Sequence record: SRR31156797_13477
Direction: 5' to 3' (one strand)
Length of the DNA: 44,220 nt
Under the pieces are notes generated by a model that was given only the letters and a program-made list of their open reading frames with translations, searched no databases and was not told the DNA's origin. This document shows positions 37,432 through 44,220 of the stretch, piece after piece (position 1 is the stretch's first letter; each line of letters begins with the position of its first letter). The position numbers and the translations under genes are program-made.

Positions 37432-37623
37432 TGATTCCGGAGGAATCACATATCTATAGCTTGATTTCAAGCTATAGATATCACCGCGATGTATTTTTGA
37501 TGTATTGTACAAAAACTCAATCGGTGATTTGTTAATTACGTTTGGGATTATTGGACTCTTCCAGAGTCCTAATTCATTATACATTGTCAATTTTTTACAG
37601 ATATACAAACCCTCCGGGTTTGT
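37432..37623. repeat. Inverted pair of GGA-loop REP-like hairpins with internal palindromes
   Basis: TGATTCC-GGA-GGAATCA-CATATCTATA (37432-37458); minus-strand ACAAACCC-GGA-GGGTTTGT-ATATCTGTA (37623-37596); 15-bp perfect IR at 37450-37481; GGACTC-TTCCA-GAGTCC at 37553-37569. Confidence 0.7.
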
Positions 37624-37771
37624 TCTATCTTAAATATTGTGTTATGAAAATTTAAAGTTTATAAAGCTATAAAACATTTCCGCAGGATTATCTATTTTTT
37701 TACAAAATTAGGTGATAGAATCGCGCGGCAGCGCATAATTTTTTGGCCTTAAAAAGACTTTTGTTTAGTTA

Positions 37772-38527
37772 TTATTGCTCCAGCCACTCCTTAAAAGCTT
37801 TCAATCTGCGAATGCTCACAATAGTATCACTTTCAGGTGGTGGTTTGAGGTCAAGTTTTATTTTGGAGGTGGAGAGGTAATAAATTTGGTCTATGGAATT
37901 AATGTTAATAATGAATTTTCTATTGATACGGAAAAACATACGCGCATCTAGCTCTAATTCCAGTTTGTCAAGTGAGTTGTTGATTGGGTATGATCGATTA
38001 TCGAAGGTAGTGAGAAAGGTGTATTTTTCTTCACTGGAGAAAAATGCCACATCTTCAGTTTTTACTGAAATGATTTTCTTGCCTGCTTCTACCATAAAAC
38101 GGCTTTTTACCTTTTTTTGATCTGAAAACAACTCCATCATTTTTTCAACTATCTCATTACCTTGAGAAAAGGAGCTTTTTAGTTTTTCGAGTTTTTGTAG
38201 AGCTCCTTCAAGTTTTTGTTGCTCAATGGGTTTTAACAAATAGTCGATGCTATTCAACTGAAAAGCTTTAATGGCATATTGATCATAAGCTGTGGTGAAA
38301 ATTACAGGTGTGTTGACTGTGATATTTTCAAAAATTTTAAAACTAATATCGTCTGCCAAATGAATATCGAGAAAAATGAGTTCAGCTTTAATCTTAGGTA
38401 GCTCTTTAGAAGCTTCCCGAACTGTATCAAATTCAGCAATGACTTTAATATTAGGATCAATATTATTCAATAACCACTTGAGATGGGTTGCTGCAGGTTT
38501 TTCGTCTTCAACAATTATAACTCTCAT
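37772..38527 (-). CDS. LytTR family response regulator
   Basis: IVEDE, FLDIHL, FTTAYDQYA, DYLLKP; LytTR domain FFRINRKFIIN, VS. Confidence 0.95.
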   Translation of the reverse strand: MRVIIVEDEKPAATHLKWLLNNIDPNIKVIAEFDTVREASKELPKIKAELIFLDIHLADDISFKIFENITVNTPVIFTTAYDQYAIKAFQLNSIDYLLKPIEQQKLEGALQKLEKLKSSFSQGNEIVEKMMELFSDQKKVKSRFMVEAGKKIISVKTEDVAFFSSEEKYTFLTTFDNRSYPINNSLDKLELELDARMFFRINRKFIININSIDQIYYLSTSKIKLDLKPPPESDTIVSIRRLKAFKEWLEQ

Positions 38528-38682
38528 TTTCAGCTCAATTTGGATGCAAAATATGGTTTTTATTTGAAATAATATACTTTTTTGGTGTTATGCTTGTTTT
38601 AACCATTAATGTTAATGATTGAGTGTGCACAAAAAGCATTACTTTTGTGAATCAATAGATTGACATTAAATAAAGAATGATT

Positions 38683-39027
38683 ATGAAGGAAGAAAGTCAA
38701 AGGCAAAAAAAGATTGGTAGACAAATTCAGAAAGATATTGGAGAAATGCTCCAGCAGCAAGGCCCTAGTATCCAGCAAGGTGTAATGTTCACTGTAACCA
38801 AAGTGCGTGTTACAGCTGATATGTCAATTGCCAGAATTTACCTGAGCTTATTTCCGGCTAATGATCCTGAAATGGTAGTTCAAAAAGTAAATGACCAGGC
38901 CGGTGAACTGAGATATAACCTTGGAAAACGAGTGCGTCATCAATTCAGAGTAGTTCCTGAGTTGCATTTCTATTTGGATGATTCATTAGATTACATTGAA
39001 AACATTGAAGAGAAGTTAAAGGAATAA
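38683..39027 (+). CDS. rbfA: Ribosome-binding factor A
   Basis: RQKKIGRQIQKDI, TVTKVRVTADMSIARIYLS, VPELHFYLDDSLDY; TACTTTTG box at 38640. Confidence 0.95.
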   Translation: MKEESQRQKKIGRQIQKDIGEMLQQQGPSIQQGVMFTVTKVRVTADMSIARIYLSLFPANDPEMVVQKVNDQAGELRYNLGKRVRHQFRVVPELHFYLDDSLDYIENIEEKLKE

Positions 39028-39030
39028 GGT

Positions 39031-40248
39031 ATGCGTTTTCCGTTTTTCATAGCTTCACGGTATTTGGTTTCTCGCAAAAAGCAGCATGCCATTAATATCA
39101 TTTCAGGCATCTCGGTATTGAGCGTGTTAGTTGGCACTTTTGCGCTTATTGTTGTATTGTCTGTTTTTAACGGATTCGATTCGGTTGTAAAAGGGCTATT
39201 TAGTTCATTCGATCCTGAATTGAAAGTAATACCAGCTGAAGGAAAAAGATTTAATGCTGATGGTAAAACATTGAATCTGATATCGACCACACAAGGAGTT
39301 GAGTTTTTTGCAAAAACCATTGAAGAAACGGTATTGCTCAAATATGAAGATAAAACCCATCCTGCCCGAATGAAAGCAGTGGATGACCAATATATGAAAG
39401 TGACAGGATTGGATACCATGATTGTATTGGAAACATATGATTTGCCAAAAGGTGGGCATCAAGTAATTATTGGTCAGGGACTTAGTTATCATCTTGGAGT
39501 TGCATTAAATTTTTTCAGGCCATTGGTTTTTTACGCTCCTAATCGGCAGGCAAGTATTAATGTGAGTGCTGCAAATGCGTTTAAGCAAAACTTTCAAATC
39601 CCAACTGCTATTTTTTCAATTAGGCAGGAAATTGATGAACGCTATGTAATTACCCCAATAGAATTTGCGCAAGAGCTTTTCAAAACCGGTGAAGAAGTAT
39701 CAGCTATTGAAATAAAAACTTCAGCAGGTGTCGATGTTGAGGAGGTTAAGCTTGCACTTGAAGAGCGATTGGGCGATAGTTTTATAGTGAAAAATCGTTA
39801 TGAGCAACATGAATTTTTCTACAAAATAATGAGATCAGAAAAGTGGGCAATATTTATGATTCTTTCATTTATCCTCGTTATAGCCTCTTTTAATATTCTA
39901 GGTTCTCTGACGATGCTTATTATTGACAAAAAGAATGACGTATTTATTCTTAAGAGTATGGGCGCCAATAGTAAGCTAATTCGGAAAATATTCATGACTG
40001 AAGGAGTTATGATTACTGCTGTTGGAGCTATAGCAGGTCTTTTCCTTGGATTTATTACAGCATGGTTACAACAAACTTTCGGATTAATAAAAATAAACAC
40101 CAATGGTACTTTAATAATTGATAGCTATCCGGTTCAAATGCAATTCATGGATTTTGTATGGGTTCTGGCCGTGGTGTCACTCATTGGATTTATTGCCTCC
40201 TGGGTACCTGTTAAGTTTCTTTCACATAGGATTTTGAAAATTTCTTAG
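39031..40248 (+). CDS. LolC/E-like ABC transporter permease (MacB/FtsX fold)
   Basis: IASRYL, VLSVFNGF, IASFNILGSLTML..DKK, LKSMGA, F..EG, YPV. Confidence 0.9.
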   Translation: MRFPFFIASRYLVSRKKQHAINIISGISVLSVLVGTFALIVVLSVFNGFDSVVKGLFSSFDPELKVIPAEGKRFNADGKTLNLISTTQGVEFFAKTIEETVLLKYEDKTHPARMKAVDDQYMKVTGLDTMIVLETYDLPKGGHQVIIGQGLSYHLGVALNFFRPLVFYAPNRQASINVSAANAFKQNFQIPTAIFSIRQEIDERYVITPIEFAQELFKTGEEVSAIEIKTSAGVDVEEVKLALEERLGDSFIVKNRYEQHEFFYKIMRSEKWAIFMILSFILVIASFNILGSLTMLIIDKKNDVFILKSMGANSKLIRKIFMTEGVMITAVGAIAGLFLGFITAWLQQTFGLIKINTNGTLIIDSYPVQMQFMDFVWVLAVVSLIGFIASWVPVKFLSHRILKIS

Positions 40249-40355
40249 ATACTGATATAAGAATTGATTGCAATTTATTATTTGCGACAATCTGCGTCAA
40301 ATTTCCTCAAGTAGTAACATTTTTTGAATGAGACAGATCAAAGGAAATCTTATAA

Positions 40356-40452
40356 AAGACGCTGATTTTACTGATATCTTGATTAACCATTAAATACATG
40401 ATTTTATATCAGAATTGTGTATATCACAATTGATCAGTATAATCAGTGTCTT
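40356..40452. repeat. 20-bp inverted-repeat element with internal hairpin
   Basis: AAGACGCTGATTTTACTGAT (40356-40375) vs ATCAGTATAATCAGTGTCTT (40433-40452), 18/20 complementary; AATTGTG-TATAT-CACAATT at 40413-40431. Confidence 0.7.
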
Positions 40453-40651
40453 AAAATCTTTAGATATAATATTTCTTATTTGTTAAATACACTACTGCGT
40501 TACTATTGGATCTTTGTAATTTATCACCATATTATGGGAAACTGCTGTTCGAAAACGGACAAAAAAAGTGTTAATGCTAATTTTAACTTTTATATAAAAC
40601 CTTGATATACAAGTTTTTGGCATGTTTCGGTGAAATTTTAATAACTTTTTA

Positions 40652-40677
40652 TGTAACGGATGTCACATATCTGCGTC
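40652..40677 (+). promoter_or_regulatory. ECF sigma-type promoter
   Basis: TGTAAC-N16-CGTC about 45 nt upstream of ATG 40722. Confidence 0.5.
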
Positions 40678-40721
40678 ATATACACGAAACCCAAAAGTTA
40701 TTAACCTTTAAACCCAAAATT

Positions 40722-41075
40722 ATGACAACCCTTAAAACCATAACCCAAATTCTAGCTTTAGTCATTGTATTTACATTATCTACATCTATAGCTGAGGCAT
40801 CGAACCTATCAAAAGGTAAAAAGACTAAATTGTATCAAATTACAAAATTAGTTGACAAACAAATTGATTTTCCTGAAACGGCCCGTGAACAAGGTATTAC
40901 AGGAACAGTAAAAGCCCAGATTCAAGTAACCGAAAGTGGTGACATAAATGTAGAAGAAATTAATGGACACCCACAATTAACGGAATATGTGAAAAAACAA
41001 TTGAATAAAGTTAAAGTAAATGACATTGGCCTAATAGGTGAAACATTTATAGCAAAGTTTGATTTTCGAAACTAA
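40722..41075 (+). CDS. Small exported TonB C-terminal-like domain protein
   Basis: Signal peptide then IDFPETAREQGITGTV.A.I.V..SG.I; ATG at 40722 preferred. Confidence 0.7.
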   Translation: MTTLKTITQILALVIVFTLSTSIAEASNLSKGKKTKLYQITKLVDKQIDFPETAREQGITGTVKAQIQVTESGDINVEEINGHPQLTEYVKKQLNKVKVNDIGLIGETFIAKFDFRN

Positions 41076-41126
41076 CGGGAATATTGCAGAATTATCCGTA
41101 AACCCTTCTCAAACCCGAAATTGTTT

Positions 41127-41155
41127 AAAACCGTGACTTAGTTGCGGTTTTTTTT
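41127..41155. terminator. Rho-independent (probably bidirectional) terminator
   Basis: AAAACCGTGAC-TTA-GTTGCGGTTTT plus T run. Confidence 0.75.
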
Positions 41156-42497
41156 ATTCTATGCTAACTACTTTAATTATAATGTCCTTAATTTGGTCAC
41201 CTGCTGTGGGTATTGAATAAGTTCCCTCAAACAATCTTTTATGTCCTCTTTTAATTGCAGGATCTGAGGTTGTTGCTATGTAGGCAGTCTTTCTCTCAAT
41301 TTCCCCATCTTTATGATCCCTCCAAACGATTTCGATTTGTAGTTTTTTAATACCTAAGTTTCCAGTATTTTCTGCCTCCAGTGTAAGTTTCTGATATTCT
41401 TGGCTTGAGGTGGAAGGTGTTATAGATTTGTTTCTTAAACGAAATGCTACATTATAATTAGCAGGTCTCCCAGAGCCCCAATCAATATTTAGTTCAGGTG
41501 ATTTCTCATATTGTGGAGCAGCTTCTTCCGTTTTAATATTAACAACAGAAACCTTTACTTCATGCACAGGCGGAGCTTCTGCTTCTTGCTCATAATTAAT
41601 ATACATAAACGGAATACGATCACCGGGGCGATAACTGATGCTATTTTTTCTTACAGTTTTTTCTACTTCACTAAATAGTACATTTCCAGATTTATCCAAC
41701 ACATCTACTTTTAAAGATAAAACATTAATTACAGCATCTTTAGGCATAATATAAGCATCAAGTCGATAGCTATAAGAATTTTCATAGTCATTAAATTGTG
41801 AAGATGCCAGTTCAAATGTTAGGTTTTGATTATTTGGGAAAGAAACTGGTATTCCTGGAGTGATTTCTTCATTTACTAAGTCATTATTTTGCTCTGGTAA
41901 AGTCTTTGCTTGCTTTGGTTGTTCGTTTGAGATGACTTCTTGTTGAACTTCACTTTTAGCAATGGTCTCCTCGGTTGATTTACCCTTCATCATAAAATAT
42001 GATACCGATGCTACTATAACAACTATTGCAATGAGCACGGCGACTATTGTGTTTTGTTTGTTCGATCCAAAATATGACTTTTTCTTAAGTTGACTTATCA
42101 GCTCATAAGCAGGAGCGTAGTTAATATCAATATCCAGACATATTCGAGCTTGATTTATCGCTTCAGATCGATCTTCTTTACGTCTTGTTTTTGCATATTG
42201 TAGTTTGTAAGCTTCTGCAAGTACAGCATGGGCTTCAAGTCCATAAGGATTAAGCGTAGCAGCCTTTTGAAAGTGCTTTATGGCATCCTCTGTATTATCA
42301 TATTTCATGAATGATTCCCCGGCATTGATCTCTTTTTGTATCTCTTCCTGATACTCTTTCCATTCATCTTCAGTAAAGCCCATTTCTAAAGCAATACTTT
42401 TTAATTCTTGCTTATTAAAAACATCCGTTTTTTTACTGTTTTTACTATCTATGATAGTTTTAATGAACTTTTCCAGTTGGTTTTGAGGTATGGCCAT
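41154..42497 (-). CDS. Bitopic membrane protein: N-terminal TPR region, TM helix, tandem beta-rich (FxLYD-like) domains
   Basis: AIKHFQKAATLNP / AHAVLAEAY / CLDIDINYAPAY TPR pattern; TM IVAVLIAIVVIVASVSYF; two ...V/W.D..G...PG/RG...F repeats. Confidence 0.7.
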   Translation of the reverse strand: MAIPQNQLEKFIKTIIDSKNSKKTDVFNKQELKSIALEMGFTEDEWKEYQEEIQKEINAGESFMKYDNTEDAIKHFQKAATLNPYGLEAHAVLAEAYKLQYAKTRRKEDRSEAINQARICLDIDINYAPAYELISQLKKKSYFGSNKQNTIVAVLIAIVVIVASVSYFMMKGKSTEETIAKSEVQQEVISNEQPKQAKTLPEQNNDLVNEEITPGIPVSFPNNQNLTFELASSQFNDYENSYSYRLDAYIMPKDAVINVLSLKVDVLDKSGNVLFSEVEKTVRKNSISYRPGDRIPFMYINYEQEAEAPPVHEVKVSVVNIKTEEAAPQYEKSPELNIDWGSGRPANYNVAFRLRNKSITPSTSSQEYQKLTLEAENTGNLGIKKLQIEIVWRDHKDGEIERKTAYIATTSDPAIKRGHKRLFEGTYSIPTAGDQIKDIIIKVVSIE

Positions 42498-42570
42498 AGT
42501 TATAAATTTTCAATTAAAAATATAAAACTGAAATTAGGTGGGCAAATAATATTTAAACAGTCAAAATGAA

Positions 42571-43131
42571 TTACTTCCTCGCCTGGTCAGCCGGCTTGAA
42601 GCTTTTGTGTTTGATGTTTCTTTGAAGGAAGGCAACTAAGCGTTGATTGGCAACATCAATGGTTTTACGTGTTGCTGCTTCTGTTTCCTGGGGGTTTACG
42701 TTGGGAATATCGTATTTTACATGTCCATCTTTGATGTAAATAGGTGTGCGGGATACATCGTAGATAGTTATATAAAAATGGGTGAGGGCAGTTAACTTAA
42801 CTTCTTGTGTTTCTGTACCTGCTTGTTTGATTGAGATCATAATGTTAATGTGATCTCCAGAGCGTTTGAGTTGATTGATTTTTTCAGCAAAAACGAATTT
42901 GGCTTTAGGAAATGCAGATTTCAGCTGATTAATGATTTGTTCTTTTATATCTGTATTTATGGTGTCATTTCCTTCACGGTCATCTGTAATCAACACATTT
43001 ACCTGAATATTTTCCGGTTCATCATCTTTGAAAAGATGGTCAGGGACGTCTTTTACAATAGAATTTGATGCTATTGTCTTCATACTGACAATAGTCAACA
43101 ATATCAATACTATGTACAAGATCACTTTCAT
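42571..43131 (-). CDS. Hypothetical exported protein
   Basis: 186-aa ORF with signal-like N-terminus and a TATATTTG box just upstream. Confidence 0.7.
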   Translation of the reverse strand: MKVILYIVLILLTIVSMKTIASNSIVKDVPDHLFKDDEPENIQVNVLITDDREGNDTINTDIKEQIINQLKSAFPKAKFVFAEKINQLKRSGDHINIMISIKQAGTETQEVKLTALTHFYITIYDVSRTPIYIKDGHVKYDIPNVNPQETEAATRKTIDVANQRLVAFLQRNIKHKSFKPADQARK

Positions 43132-43206
43132 ATTCCCGATGCTACAAATATATTAAGATTTCACACTTTGTGCTATATCTGAATATAGGTTAAATGAAAC
43201 ATTTTG

Positions 43207-44043
43207 TTAAAGCTTTGTTAAGTTGTGATCAATAAGAATCTCTTTCATTTGATCCTGCAAGTCATGTGCCGCAATTCGTGCATCTTGTGCAAAATGTTCA
43301 TCATTTCCGGCATAAATAATTCCTCTGGATGAGTTAATTAGCAATCCGCAACGGCTGTTTAGTCCATTCTCAGCCACTTCCTGAAGATTGCCTCCTTGTG
43401 CGCCTACACCTGGAACTAATAAAAAATGATCAGGAATAATTTGACGAATCTCCTTAAGCATTTGAGGACGAGTTGCTCCAGCTACAAACATCAATTTGTT
43501 TTCGTCTGCCCATTTTGATGATTTTTCAATTACTTCCATGAAAAATGGGCGACCATTTTCAGTATTGACCAATTGAAAGTCTTCAGCTCCGGGGTTTGAA
43601 GTAACTCCAAGAATTACAACCCATTTATCTTCGTATTCGAAGAAAGGCGAGATGGAATCTTTTCCCATATAAGGAGCAAGGGTTACGGCATCAAATTGAA
43701 AATGTTCGAAAATAGATTTGGCATACATTTTAGCGGTATTACCAATATCTCCACGCTTTGCATCAGCTATTTGTAGTATTTCGGGGTAGTGTTCTTTAAT
43801 GTAATTTGTTGTTTTTCCCAGGCTTACAAGACCTCTGGTACCTAATGCTTCATAAAAAGCAAGGTTGGGTTTACAAGCAACTACCAAATCGTGTGTAGCA
43901 TCAATAATGGCTTTATTGAATTCGAAAATAGGATCTTCATATTTAAATAAGTGCGAAGGAATTTTATCTTCGTCCGGGTCAAGTCCTATACATAAAAAGC
44001 TTTTCTTTTTTACAATCTGATCAAACAGTTGGTCTGCGTTCAT
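43207..44043 (-). CDS. pyrF: Orotidine 5'-phosphate decarboxylase
   Basis: LCIGLDP, KPNLAFYE, DAKRGDIGNT (DxKxxD), PYMG, TSNPG, VPGVGAQGG, NSSRGI. Confidence 0.97.
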   Translation of the reverse strand: MNADQLFDQIVKKKSFLCIGLDPDEDKIPSHLFKYEDPIFEFNKAIIDATHDLVVACKPNLAFYEALGTRGLVSLGKTTNYIKEHYPEILQIADAKRGDIGNTAKMYAKSIFEHFQFDAVTLAPYMGKDSISPFFEYEDKWVVILGVTSNPGAEDFQLVNTENGRPFFMEVIEKSSKWADENKLMFVAGATRPQMLKEIRQIIPDHFLLVPGVGAQGGNLQEVAENGLNSRCGLLINSSRGIIYAGNDEHFAQDARIAAHDLQDQMKEILIDHNLTKL

Positions 44044-44047
44044 TTTT

Positions 44048-44220
44048 TTACAAATTACTTTCTTTTAGTTTTTCGGCGTTTTCTGCAGTTTGCAGTTTTT
44101 CTATAATTTCATCTATCTCACCATTTATCACTGCCTGCAAATTGTACAATGTCAGGTTGATACGGTGATCAGTAACTCTACCTTGTGGATAGTTGTATGT
44201 TCTGATTTTAGCAGAGCGGT
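44048..44220 (-). CDS. prfA: Peptide chain release factor 1, C-terminal fragment (gene runs off the window)
   Basis: Manual translation [27 protein letters not shown]...KLKESNL*; not in the ORF track. Confidence 0.93.
   Translation of the reverse strand, partial: RSAKIRTYNYPQGRVTDHRINLTLYNLQAVINGEIDEIIEKLQTAENAEKLKESNL

Noticed and set aside
37218-37771. pheS attenuator, T-box or leader peptide
   Set aside because: A promoter-like TATTTTCG box lies about 35 nt from the start, leaving no long leader; no Phe-rich leader ORF or T-box motif was seen, and the hairpins fit REP-like elements better.
40417-40605. 62-aa ORF in the lolC/E downstream gap
   Set aside because: GTG start inside a palindrome, overlaps an IR element, and has no protein-like motifs.
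451-43068. Many 60-140 aa ORFs antisense to or overlapping assigned genes (e.g. 451-651, 5176-5376, 11089-11409, 38991-39419)
   Set aside because: They are shadows of well-supported genes, with no recognisable motifs or own promoter boxes.

Overview
AT-rich chromosomal segment from a Bacteroidota bacterium (Bacteroidales/Marinilabiliales-like), judged from TAnnTTTG promoter boxes, general lack of Shine-Dalgarno sites and gene content. It is mostly housekeeping (thiL, dxs, dnaG, prfC, pheS, rbfA, pyrF, 3' end of prfA, cobB-like sirtuin, cyclophilin), mixed with envelope and signalling genes: two hybrid histidine kinases, a YfiR-like protein, BlaI plus an M56-M23 fusion, a YtrA-type GntR plus SPFH protein, an ArnT/GT2/PAP2 cluster and one RelE/ParE toxin-antitoxin pair. 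I see no rRNA, tRNA, CRISPR array, transposase or integrase. The most interesting signals come from reading the sequence. (1) Several families of short structured intergenic elements occur, including a GGTT/TAACC-bounded module found twice, 35 kb apart, with compensatory stem changes and nested inside other palindromes. (2) An in-frame TAA splits the receiver domain of a hybrid kinase whose frame continues 62 codons to a TAATG junction with a rhomboid gene. (3) Three operator-like palindromes at exact 20-bp spacing precede a probably leaderless blaI. (4) There are a few unusual protein architectures. All family calls are motif recognition by eye with no database search, and novelty cannot be confirmed from the sequence alone.
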